The notes beneath the pieces were generated by a model that was not told the DNA's origin, ran no database searches, and saw only the letters and a list, made by a program, of their open reading frames with translations. The position numbers and the translations under genes are program-made. 64,000 nt of DNA. Source: Tubulanus polymorphus. Taxonomy: Eukaryota; Animalia; Nemertea. Every line of letters starts with the position of its first letter. Within the stretch, counting starts at the first letter, position 1. Below are positions 23,051 to 35,936 of this stretch, piece after piece. The DNA lies in NCBI RefSeq assembly GCF_964204645.1, contig NC_134032.1, positions 3,186,175 through 3,250,174 of the forward strand. Reading direction: 5' to 3'.

Positions 23051-24575
23051 TCAATAGTGAGTTAAGTGTAAGATTTTGATTGGCACTTTCATCTAGGCGT
23101 GTCATAGATTTCCAGGGTATTGTTGTCGGTACGAACTCTGGTAATAATTATTTTGCCACGGTTCCCTCTGAGAGGGCTGGCCACTTAAAGGTGATATCTG
23201 ACATCAATGTGTTTCATGTAAACGTAGTACCGGTAACAGTCTAAATTTGAACGAGAAACACACGTTCGGATTTTAAGATAAATAATAATCCGTTAGTAAA
23301 GAAATTAACGTTTAGGCAATATAGAAATTATATGTAATCTAAAAACTATGCTGATCAGCTGGATGTCGAATTGGTGACGAGTTTAATACAGTTGAATTCA
23401 TACCACAGAATACGATTTAGACCGGACCTCGTGCCAGTTCCAACAACAGATTTAGTCCGTTCAAAAATTTGGATTGGACCTGGGTTCGCTCTTTTAGGTC
23501 CGTCAAAAACCGGTCTAAAATGGAAAAGGCAAATTCGGAATGGAATGTTTGCTCGTGTGAACGCTTGGTCTGGTCAAACTGGACCGGACCAAGTTTAGGC
23601 CGGTCTTAACGATGTCGTGTGAACACCCCTTTAAACTTCACTCGGGGTAGACTATCTTACAAGTCTCAACTTTACCGAAGTATAAGACATGTATGGCTCT
23701 CATTCGTATGACAATATGTTTGGTTTTGAATTAATTTGTTTGTAGAACAATTCAAATTACTTTCGGTAATAGCATAATCGTCGAGCAGTGAATAAATATT
23801 GAACACAAAGATTCGGTAATTATCGAGAAACGAGGCACTTCTTAAGTCGATTTTTGTCGGGGATATTTCGCTTCATCTCCTTAACACATACGTCGAGTGT
23901 GTCATTTGCAAAGTATGGGCAGTCTGAATAGACCATGAATAGACCAGGGTTAAATGGACGGGCGGACGTCTCTTAATAAACGCTACGTGGATACTTAAAG
24001 GTGTCTTTTTCCGAACCGAATCTGACTTACTGACAGTAATTAATAAATGGCTCAAGTCTGTTAGGCCACACAGAAATACCCTAGTTTCTCATCAGATTCT
24101 CTTCTATGACGAGGGCGGGCGAATTTTACTTTTATTGTTTTTTTTTAAATACAAAGTTGAAATAAAAAGCTCAACCCGAGACTTATAGAGCAGACGCGGG
24201 AGGGAAGTTTTGTTCCCGAATGACAAACAAATACCAGTAATACAAGTAAATAAAGTAAGTTTAAATAAAGCAAGTAATATGCATAAAATATTTTTTTCAT
24301 GCCTTTAACCGAGTCCACTAGCCGCTCATAATAAAAACCCTTGCCAGGGACTACGTTTGACTATAAACTCCCGTTGAACTCTATTTTCAGCCAAATAACT
24401 AGCAACCTCATTTGACGTAATTATCTCATTCAAGACTTCATTGGCCGATGTAAAAGTAGATGCATTGTCGGATATGCATTTTTTAGGAACTGACCGGCGA
24501 CTAGTGCACCGCTTAAAAGCCAGAATAATCTCGTCAGTATTTAAATCTCTGACTAACTCTAAATGAACAGCTCAA

Positions 24576-25911
24576 CTATAGTGGCTGATTCGTGGTAAAA
24601 AAAATTTCTGTCCACGAGAACGCGCGAAAACAAATCTTTTGCGTGCAAAAGCAAATATTGCCGCGTAAAAACAAACTTTTAACGCTCAAAAACGAAATAC
24701 CCAGTCTTAGTGCGTAAGATTTGTTTCAGCGCGCCCGCAAAATCAAACTTTAAGATCAAAACGGAATATTTCGTTTTTGCGCGCTAAAACTTTGTTTTTA
24801 GTGCTCGGCAAGTAACGTGAAAAAAAAAATAAGTTAGATAATTTACGCGCGCTACTATGATGTCACGCTGTCGCCATCTATTAGATTAAACGGTAACTTA
24901 TGAAATGATTAATCTATGTAGTTGTATTAATTGATTTCAAAGAAAAACTAACTTGATTCAAGTTTACGACCCCTTGATGAATAAATATATGCGTATATCG
25001 TTTGTTATTGTCTTCGATTGATCACAATACAATGAAGTTTTATTGTTGAAATTACCGATAGTTGAATATGATTGACCGGCAACCAGTCTAGCCCCATTAT
25101 ATAGTGATGACCTAGGCACACCAGCCAACACACAACCATATTAATAACGCGTGGTAGTTATTAATGTATGTTAACATATCGTATCGGTTTTTACGGTGTC
25201 ATAAAACCTTTCAAAATACTAAGAAAAATATCGGCATAACTTTCTGCTAGTTTTCTACCTTAAATACAGATATTTATCTTCATTTCTGAAAGATTCATTT
25301 TCTGAGAGACATTTCTAGCAGAACATTGAATTAGAATCTGCAGCACTTGGTACGAACGTGTTAGATATAAATACCGTGCACGTTATATTAAAGTAAAAAA
25401 AAGACAATTCCCATATTAGACCATGCGTTAGATTTGTAGATACAGAATTAATAAAAATAAATGAAATTTGACGTTGTTCGTTTGTTTACATTGCTTTACG
25501 TCGTTTAGATCTCTATTTGTCCTATGACTAACCCTATTGAACATTTTGCAATGTTTCACCAGTTGGGTTAAATAGTAGGGTTAGATTGAAAAAGCTATTT
25601 TCAGATTGTTCTACCAGTTCCAATTTATATTCAAATCGTATGTTAATTAGGGGTGGGACTAGGTAGATCTAACAAGTTATCACATAGAAATTGTTTGATC
25701 TAATAGATGGCGACAGCATACCTGCAGGCGTAATATTTTTTAAGTTCACGACCGCTGGCGATTAAAAAAAAATATTCGGATTATTTCGTTTTTGCGCGTT
25801 TTAAGTTTGTTTTTGCGCAGTAATATTTGTTTTTGCGCGGTCAGATTTGTTTTTGCGCGTTTTCGTGGAGGACGAAAAAAAATTTTACATGTCCCGAAAC
25901 AGCCACCATAG
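24576..25911. mobile_element. Foldback element with ~300-bp imperfect inverted arms
   Basis: ctatagtggctg / cagccaccatag ends. The subrepeat arm 24600-24700 is inverted relative to 25780-25890; tgtcgccatctattagat at 24869 is inverted relative to ~25698-25715. Confidence 0.7.
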
Positions 25912-26064
25912 CTCGACCGATAGGTCGACACATATAAAAAGCAAGCGTAGCATTTCGATTCACTGTGACCAGACTTTATCACAAGAGGGCCTAAGTAATC
26001 TAAATCCGTATAATCGAAATATGGGACCGATACTACTCGACTGCTAGAACCGATACTACTCGAT

Positions 26065-26390
26065 TGCTAGGCAAAGGCAGATGTAGTGGAAGGTTGACCC
26101 TAAATACACTTGCATTTAAAACATGGCTTTAATTACGTTTTAACGCGCTGTCTGAGATCTGGAATTCAATAACGAGTTCGTACATCGGCGATGGTAGCAT
26201 TTACACGTAGATGAAAATTCAAGAATGTGATCTCGAAATCACCGAATCCACAAATTTTTGATACTTTGGCAACGAAATAGGATAGGTCTCTTTGCCAAAT
26301 CAGAAATGTCAGCATCGTCGATTCTGCCGTTTGAATGTATTATTCCATCGTCACCGATACATAACAGTAAGTTTTCAATCAATCTTTCAG
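26065..26390 (-). mobile_element. BEL/Pao pol fragment (RNase H-integrase linker and integrase zinc finger)
   Basis: Minus-strand translation across frames: DDGIIHSNGRIDDADISDLAKRPIL...HLRVNATIADVRTRY*IPDLRQRVKT*LKPCFKCK..GQP, matching the BEL/Pao pattern DGII..GR....KHPILL..H....R..YWIP..R..VK....C..C. Confidence 0.8.
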
Positions 26391-26692
26391 TAACTGGAGC
26401 TCAATTATGTAAGGAAACTATTATATCAATATCCGAGTAAAAGATCGAAAGTATTTGTATTTGATGATGCTGTGATAATATATGGATTCGGGAGTCAAAA
26501 AATCCAGTTCAAAGTTCAGTGAAAATGAACTAATTTTGACAACGGATGACCTACTGCTCTTCACGCCATCTGGCGGGATAGCTGGTTTTGCTGGTTGTTA
26601 GATATTTGTATTAGGGGAAACCTGCTATGTATGCTGATGCTAGTTTTTAGAAGTAGGCATTGCATAATCGGAAGTCAAAGTATTCGCATCTC

Positions 26693-27899
26693 CTATTGAA
26701 TTTTATTACATGGATCAGTATTGTAGTAGAACAGTTTTATAAATTGTCTTCTAAAAACATGTAACGTACCGAAATATATGAAAAAGTTTACGCAGAACAA
26801 GACGTTTCGAAATCCGTAGAATATTCCTTCTAATTCACTCCACAAAACTATTAGGTAAAACGTTCTAGTAGGGGATCCATAAAAATTAATACGATGGTTT
26901 ATCCAGATCACATACATGAGAAATTCGTTGAAGTTATGCGTGAATTTAGTGACAGTGTTGGGTAGAACACATATTATATAGACTAAAATGACAACTAGAA
27001 GTGTTTTACTAGTCGATGACCGAAAGCGTTCTGCTCCTGTTCTATTCAACATGCTAGATTTCTGAGAACGTGATAAACCAGTTAGAATTGATGCTATGAT
27101 GATCGCAATGGCCGGAAATATCTCCTGAAAGAATACTCTTGCCATTTTTATAATGACATAAAGAAATTGGTTCATCCTATAAGACTGCTTGCAACTGAAT
27201 TGAGTGAAGGTTTCGTTATATCTACTAACCGCATTGAGATAAATGTAGATGCTTTTACTCGGAAGAATCGAGGTTTATGATTGAGGAAAACACGATGACC
27301 CCACATACTATGATTACACGCCGTTTGTAGGTGAAATATCTCATATGAAAGAATGGAAAACGTATAGAAACAAATCTTTCAACAGCAATTGCTAAGACTA
27401 TGTAGTGTGATACTGCTATTGCTTGGTTGTAAGATATGTTAACCAACAAACATTTTGGATTTAATTTGTTAGGAATGTACTGAAAATAATGATAGAAATG
27501 GTACAATGATGATGAACACAGTTTGCCATGTTTTGACAATGTCATATAGTTATCTCCACATACTTTCGGGTAAAATTGGAATTTTACCAGGATGTATTTC
27601 AAATAACATGGAAAGTTGCTCAGCTTGATAAATAAAACGATTTGTTCTGAAAACGCGAGAGTTATGAGATAGGGGAACGTGTAACGAACAGTCTGGTGTC
27701 TGCGACATTTAATCAGTAGAATTATTGTCAGAAAGTTGAACACACTTCCGAGTGGAAACACTAACAAAGTAAATGTGTAGAAGTTGAGAAGATAAGCGCG
27801 TCTAGTGAAACTTCTAAAGGCTGTAATAAAAGCCGGTGTCCTAGCAGCGTATGACAGTCGCTGGGTTGTATTAACGGCGATGATAGTGACATTATTCAT
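26693..27899 (-). CDS. Second orphan peptide-receptor-like GPCR, single exon, one net frameshift near 27265 (pseudogene or sequence error)
   Basis: ORF 27255-27899 covers TM1-4 (GSVFN, LAFSE, AVERFVSIRFP). The frame of ORF 26693-27175 is open back to ~27265 (ECL2 Cys) and covers TM5-7 (CVLP, CVNFFIY). Confidence 0.85.
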
Positions 27900-30479
27900 T
27901 GATGATACCAGCCGTTTAGAATCCGAATGCTACTCGGTGAACTGCGCAGAAACGCACACGATGCTCCCGTCTCTCAACTGTTATCATTTCTCAACAATCG
28001 ATATGAAATTACAGTTGAAATGCTCGACATCAAACTGACCGTAGATAATTATGGAGATACAACGGTACTTCTAATATTACTCATTCTGATCGCTCTGTCG
28101 ATCTCATACAAAGGTTTCAGTCCTCATAATAAACTCCTTCTAAAATTTGTCAGTACGCTAGGACCCAAAACCTAACTATGCGCAGTGATTCGTGTTATAT
28201 TTTATATCAATGTATATTTATTTATATTATATGTGTATTCATTTGACGTATATAACATTTTAGACAGAACCACCAAAAATATTTCTAGTATTTTATATTA
28301 ACTTTTTACTCTTTTTACTCTCAACTATTGTGGGATTTTACATTTATTGTTTCCTTTCCAGTTATCCATGGTTTCAAGTAAGCCTAATTGACTGTTTGTT
28401 GAGCTTCGTTGTATAAAACCGTGTTGACCGTTGAACAGGATTCTATTTAATTCCCTTCATTTTCTTAAGCATGGTGTAGCTGCTTCGGCATACATGCGAT
28501 CGTGGTCGACACAGTATCCAGACAAGATCAAGAAGTTTTCTCCGATCGAAAACAGGTGGCCGAAATTAACGGAACTGTCTCATCTTGGAAATAAGTTGAT
28601 CTAACTAGTGGAGTCACGCAAGGTAGTATCCTCAGTCGTCTTCTCTTCACTGTCCTGAGAGGCAGAGTAATCGCAAAGGTACAGGACCGAGTAAATTTCC
28701 AAAACGACCTTATCAAGTTGTGTCCCGTACATGGTCAGAAACACGTATGATAAGCATCATCCTGAAAAGGCATAATATGGATATCGGATACAAAGAAAAT
28801 CCAGGTTCGTATTATACCTATTGTGTTCGGGTGTGAAGATTACTTTGTTCGAAAAAAGTTTACTCCGTAATGAAAAGACTATTTAGTTCCACGAAAATCT
28901 TTTTCTTTGGAATGAAAAACTTTCAATGGATCAATATACTTGTTTGAACGAAAAACTTAATGTTCCGACAAGAATATTTTGTTCGAATGAAAACAATTTT
29001 GCTCAATCGAACAATATACTTTCTATACAAATGAAAAGTTGTTCGAATAAAAAGCTATGTTATTGTTTGGACGAAAAATTGTTTGTCCCGACAACAACAA
29101 AAATTGGTGAACGAAAACAATTTTGTTCGAATAATAGTTTGAATAAAAAGAATTCTGTTCGATCGAACATTTTCGAATTTTTATTTAAAGTTTTGTTCGA
29201 ACGAAATCAATTTTGTTCGATCGAAAAAAACATTTTCGGTTCGAACAAAATCATTTTGTTCTGACAAAAAAATTATTTTAAACGAAAAGATTTTCAGACG
29301 AAAAAAAGATCTTATCATCCGGGGCTCCGTAGTAACTCATCGGGAATTAATAAAATACAAGTTTCATTAATGATGAAAAACTCAAATGAAACCCATGTTT
29401 ATAAAGCTGCCTGCTCAGACGAATGCTAACAGCTTATCAAAAAAATCTTCATATTTGCTGATGCAGGCCTAAGTATATGCACGTAGGTCTAGCTTCCAGA
29501 CAAATGAGGCTTAGACCGATTACGGTTTAACCCTCGTAAACATCGTATTACTACACCTCTATTTAACAGGGTTAGATTTCATGGTGTATTCCATTTGTAA
29601 TATCAATTTCATTTTCGGACAAAGAAACAAATCATTTGCGCTACGTGTCATAGCAATGTTGTCGGATTTTCTATTGCAAATTTTGTTTGAATTTCAATCC
29701 ATGTGTCCGTAAATAAACACAACAATTATATTGTGTTTGTTTGAAACAGTAAAGCACGTAGGCCTCAAAGTAGCACAACTCAATAAACACTTCAAGCGGC
29801 CAAACGGTCTCAGATCACCAGCGGTATCGGAAATACTGAATCCGAATAACAAGCGTGATTTCAGCTTACGGATAATCATGTGTTATATACAGTTATTTAT
29901 CAAATATCCTGTCGATTTGGTAAAGATCGGTGTATACTGAAAACGATACATGGTTGAAGCCCGTCGCCGAATCACTGGTAGTAATAAATTCATTTATTTT
30001 GGTACCTCGTCAACACTACAGCTTTTCTCTGCTGCATCTTTCCGGCGTGTTTAGTTTAGGCCTACGACTCGCCGGTACTTTAATGGTACTTAAATGATAT
30101 ATCGTACTAAATATCCGTACCATTTTGTAAAGGAAAATAGAATATTGTTAAACTAACTGCCTGAAGCCCGTAGCCAAATCACTGGGAGTAATACATTTAT
30201 TTGTACTTGATTTGATTTTCATGGCGAGGAGAATTCGCAGCGGATCCGCGGAACGACGATGTAAAGACACACGTAGATTCATCGATCTTTACAGCTACAG
30301 CTCGACAGTGCTTATAATATTTAGAGCAGTAAATATCCCGTGGATGATGAAGTGTACTGATGAAGAAGATGGGTAATTGTTAAAATCATTCTTTGAAGAC
30401 CGCGGCTGAGTGTGAAGTCATGCGGCAATAAATTTGTTTATCTATACTTGAATTGATAATCGCAGTGACGAGCAGCCTG

Positions 30480-30866
30480 TGGTGGATTTCGGGATGACGA
30501 CTCAGAAAACATGTACAGTTAGATCGAAAGTCATTTTCATTGCTCGAAAGGCCAATCAATACACACTAACCAGGTGGGGTACGTTTACCTTTTGGCTGCT
30601 TACTATAACAGAACCAGAACGAACCATCTAATTGAAGATGCGCTTTCGGAACATTATATTAGCGTAAGGTTGTAATCATCGATTAGTTTTTTCTCGATTT
30701 GGACGTCGCTTATTTTAAATGGAGTTTTATTTTCCCATGCACAAAAGCATCTTGCGACCAATTCAGCTTTCGTGCCCGTCGTCCTTAAACCGCGAGCGCA
30801 TAAATACGATTTTAATTTGTCTACAGTCAATTTGACAAAATCATCGTATCCCTGGATCTCAGCCAT
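30480..30866 (-). mobile_element. SAP-domain accessory gene remnant of the ISL2EU-type element
   Basis: LTVDKLKSYLCARGLRTTGTKAELVARC is a SAP motif; degraded PH.V..V...CTC further downstream; divergent from the transposase; no YqaJ nuclease part seen. Confidence 0.7.
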
Positions 30867-30942
30867 TCTGAAATGAAAATAAAATCAATTTTTCAAATTA
30901 AGAAGCTTTCATAACTAACATGTGTATTACGTTTATTTACAG

Positions 30943-32262
30943 ATGGGGAAATATGACAATTGCTGTTTTTGTGAAAACGCAAGAAATTATCCGTTCTCAG
31001 AGATAAAAAAACCTCATGTAGATGGAAAATTGATATATTACGACATTGTTCGACGCAATGATCCAACATTTGTGAATCACTGCAATACCGCACTAGAAAA
31101 AATGGGTAAGCAGCTAACAGTGACGTCGAAGGTCTGCTCAAATCATTTCATCGATGGGAGGCCGACCGATATCAACCCTTATCCATACGTTACAAACGAG
31201 GAACAAAATATGCCAAAGAAGCGAAAAAATAGAGATTGTTCACGTTCGGTGATTAGTAAGACGACGACAACGCAGCCGATATATACGGGTGTTGCGGTAG
31301 ACGGTTCAGGTGATGGGAACACGATGAGCCTGACATCGTGCGTCGCATTTGATGAGATGACGCGGGATGTTGACGTAAAGTTCTTTACCGGTTTCGATAA
31401 TCGGGCAACTTTGAAAACTATTTTTAATTTCTTGTCTGAAAAAGCTGCCTGTATGGTTTATTGGAAAGGTGGTCAAACAAGAGAAACTCTGTCGAACAAT
31501 AAGATGGGTAGAAGGAAAAAACTAATCCTCGAAGATGAATATTTCATGGTTTTGATGCGTTTACGTCTGGGGTTATTGGTTCGTGATTTATCGCACCGCT
31601 TCAACGTATCAATTTCTGCCGTTAGCTCGATATTTTCAACGTGGATACGTCTAATGAGGCTTGAATTATCATGTATCATTATCTGGCCTTCAAAGAATCA
31701 AACCAAAGCTCTTCTACCAGCTGCATTTGTTCAGTTTTATCCGCATACAAGGTGTATCGTGGACTGCACTGAAATTTCTATTGAAACGCCAACAGCGCTC
31801 GACCTACAAGCAGCTACTTGGAGCGACTACAAACATTCTAATACGATACAGTTTTTGATTGCCATTACTCCAAATGGATTGATATCGTACGTTTCGCCTT
31901 GCTACGGAGGTCGTGCTAGTGATAAATATATATTCACTGATTGCGGTATTCTCGACTTCATTGAACCACACGACGAAATAATGGCCGACCGAGGTTTCAA
32001 AGTTCAGGAAATTTTAATGTCAAGACACGCAACGTTAGCAATCCCCCCGAGCGTTTATCATAATGCACAGATGACCAACGATTCAGTGAAAACTACATCC
32101 CGAATTGCAAACGTCCGGATATATGTTGAGCAAGCTATAGGGCGGATGAAGAATTTCAGAATTTTAAAGAATACGCTGGAGGTCAAAACCGTTCCTTTAA
32201 TGGATGATGTAGTTATTGTTTGCGCGGCAATATCAAATCTCAAGCGCGCACTTTGCTCTTAA
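30943..32262 (+). mobile_element. PIF/Harbinger-superfamily (ISL2EU-like) transposase: THAP-like, HTH and DDE_Tnp_4; intact 439 aa
   Basis: CCFC...VCSNHF (THAP-like), LMRLRLGL..DLSHRF.VS (HTH_Tnp_4), catalytic IVDCTE / MADRGF / RIYVEQAIGRMK. ATG 30943 follows branch point CTAAC and TTTATTTACAG. Confidence 0.93.
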
Positions 32263-33185
32263 ATTAAGGATCATGTTGTTATTAATTAATTTTTGAAACA
32301 ATATCTGTTTGTACTAATTCAATAATTACTATGAATAATTTTATGATAAACTGTGTTAATTTAATTCTACCTAAAAATAGAGTTATTTAATAATAAATAA
32401 TAACTTTATTTCGAATAGGCTTATTAATTAGGCCTGGCCTATTAACTGTTAGGCCCTACTGTAAATATTTATTAGCTGTGAATTGTATATCGAATTATAA
32501 ATTTTAGCGTTGAAATTGGTTTTCAAAGGATTTGGTTTCCTTAACCTTAATTAAATAATAAAACATTTTTATTTTCAACACATTTGTTTGGTTTTATGGC
32601 CATAAAAAATCCCCTGTTTGATACATGTACCGTACACGTATGTCTATCCCGGATCCGGCTCGTATTGCCTTGCTCCAACTATAAGTTCAGATTAATCTAA
32701 AATCAGTCATGATTCAAAAGTTCCTAATTCTCTCTCTTGGAAATGGCTGGTTGAATACCCAGTGACGACATCGTAAAATAGAACTGTGGTACCGGTACCC
32801 GGCAGTTAAAACTGACCCCGCTGGGACGTTAGATTTAGCTAAATGAAATAGACATTCGGGCCAGCGGTGCACTTAGATCACTCATAACACTAAAGTTAAA
32901 TTGAATTGAATATATTTTGGCCTTTACGGCTTCCCATAGTCACTCTCCAAGGAGCGCCACTGCATTTGAACTTTGAACTAAAATGGTTGGCAGCCGCTCG
33001 AAATATACGCACATTTCGCGAAACAATAGGATATTTCTCAGGCCTACGGATGCGATAAGGTAAGTCTATAGCACCCTAAGAATGATAATAACACACTGAT
33101 TATAAATCAGTTGCTCGATACTTACCTCAAATGATCATTAAGTCGTAGATGAAGATTCAATCGTCTTTTACTAGGTGATTGTTAA

Positions 33186-33199
33186 GCGCCATCTAGTGG
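33186..33199 (-). promoter_or_regulatory. Candidate CTCF site (second site at 34755-34768, opposite orientation)
   Basis: Minus strand CCACTAGATGGCGC matches the bilaterian CTCF core; 34755 reads GCACTAGATGGCGC. Confidence 0.45.
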
Positions 33200-35936
33200 T
33201 CATTGGCAACCCCGAGAAAAATGGCGTTAGAGATAACGAAATTCTCTATTATGCTCGTGTATTTTCTAAGTGTAAAACAGGGTGGTCTACTTTTTTGCCC
33301 GGGAGGCTGAATCGGTGATGATTTAGTTGGAAATGGGTTCGTATTGAGAGTTTTCATTTGTTAGTTTTTGGTTCGAAGAATGAGAACCTGAGCTATCGTC
33401 AAGTTTCTGTCATGAAGTCACGTGACAAGATTTTTTTTCAGATTGAGTGATACGCCATAATGAAATAGGTCCACATATGTAATTCGCTTGTCTAAAGAAT
33501 ATTATAATTATCATGATTGATATATTCAAATACACTTACTCTGAATAATATCATTTTCTAAAGAGGGTGGCCGAATATTGGTTATACAGCCACCCAGCCA
33601 TCATTACATCTACTCGCGCATAAATACACCATCAATGGCGAGCCTGTTAAAAAGCGCCAGTACCCGTACGTTCAGCCATACACACGTTGATGCCGACACC
33701 GGCTTCCACTTCAAAAGTTAAGAACAAAAATATTAGAAATATTTGTGATCCGATTTACACCAAATAAACCTTTAAAGTAAGGTATTTAGCATCGGATATT
33801 GTGCCGAAAATTCTAGATTGATACACTACGTAGTTTTTCAAGTAAGCGCATTTTTAGTGTAAACCAATTATGTTGATTGACAGGCAGCCTCAGCTGCGCG
33901 CCTCATTTTATCGTTGACATCAGATGTAAACAATAACATTGCAACATTACCACGTGCGCAATGCAACGGAAAACAAATTGAATTTCTCTAATGGAATATC
34001 AATTTCTTTTCATATTTTGCCTTTCTTTTATGTGATTTATAATTTGTACATCGGACTTTGCTTCTTCGAACCCCAGGACTTTGAAGTCCTCTTGTTTGTG
34101 TGAAGGTTTAACTTTCATTTACCTCGTCACTTACCTCATTTCATTTACAAATCTTATATGGCCGATGGGTAAAACACAAAAATGAGCAAACGTGTTGTAA
34201 CAAGTGTATAATGTTATAATCCTACAGCTATGTTATAATCCTTTAGCTACGTACAGGGAGGTTCAATGTGCTCTAAATCTTTATATAGGCTCTTTATCTT
34301 TGTATATTTGGTAAAAAGTTGATTAGACATGTTTAGCTCGGTTATTAGGAATGTGTTTAATTGTGAAATACAAATTTAGAAAATCAATTTGCCAATGACC
34401 TTTAATTAAACATGACTGCACGATGGCTGCAGTATCGGGAGATGCTGCAGTAATAGAGGGGCAGTATCATGCTACCAGTTCAATGAGGACTCTACGTTCA
34501 ACTGTGGCAAGGATTCCACTTTTGGCAACCGAAGACCCACCAGGTTCGCTAGTGCGCATTCAGACAAAATCTCCGGGAATTCTTCTCAGATTCACCTAAA
34601 ATCTATCCAATTTCTAAAATTTGTCCTAAAAGATGATAGGATGACCGTCAAATCAGGTAACCGTAAGTCACTGTCTTGGCGAAAACAGCCAAGTCTGAAA
34701 ATCTAGGACACTTAGTTTTAGTAACCAATACGTTTTTCAGCAGCTATTTTCAATGCACTAGATGGCGCTATCTGAGGGGCCATAGGACAAATTAGCTAAA
34801 TTCATTAAGACCGGCTTAGATGTATATAGATCCCTCCAATAGTATTTATAGTATTGTAAATAGTCGATCTACATATATTTTCTTACCCTTCATTCTCTAA
34901 ATTTTAATCACTTCAGCGTTGTTTTGTAAATATTCGTATACACATGTGTAATAGTTTTCCTCAAAATACCATGGAAATGGTTGGAGTGTAAATAGAATCG
35001 TAATCGTAATCGTAATCGTAGGAACCTTGATATAACCCCTATGACGAGGCCAGTTATTGCACTGAGACTAGTTGACCCACAAATCTTCTCTTATGTTAAA
35101 AACTCAATGGCCGGTTTTATAAATAAGCATTTTCTTTTACCCGGGAAATTGAAAATAAATAGAGTTACCCCCGGGTAAGAGTTACCTGATACCAGTCTAT
35201 AAAACCGGTATTATGTGTACGAGTAAGCAGGGGACTGCGTACATGCTGTTTCCACGCTATGTTTGTGATATTCTAGGCCTGACTTTGGCAAAATATGATC
35301 TCTAGAAATCACAAAACCTACGACAACATGTTTAAAGATGCTGGGTAAAGAGACTTGTGCTCGGTATTTGACACGATGTTTACACCAAAACCAAACTGCA
35401 CAAACGCTTATTTCAACTACGATCAAATCTCTTGATTTTATTTTGACATTGACGCGAATTCAAAATGACACATCACATATATTATTTTGTTTAAAATCTT
35501 CATCTTTTATATGTGTGCATGTACAACGCCCTTTTGAAGGGTCTATCTACTTGAATATATTTAACAGGCAATAACTATGATAACCGTTTTTGAATAGACT
35601 ATTATTCTTCTAATGTAGGACAACAATTCTATTAAAACAGATAATGATAAGTCTGATAGATCTCGTTTTGCATATTTTAGGAATTTGATAGAAGAGTTCA
35701 AATAAGTTCATTTTCGATAAAAAAACAGGACGATCACAGTTTAAATGTATGGTTAAAATGGATGTCTTTGGGGCCAGGCCTTGTGTCCTGGTGAAGTCGG
35801 CGATCCATTTTTGTGATAACGGAACGCTTGTCCGGCGTCTAAGGGTTAAGGCTGGTCTGGCTATGTACGTACACACATTGTATGTGGAAATACGTGGATG
35901 TAGTTACGGGTATATTGGACGAGTAATGCGAATAGA

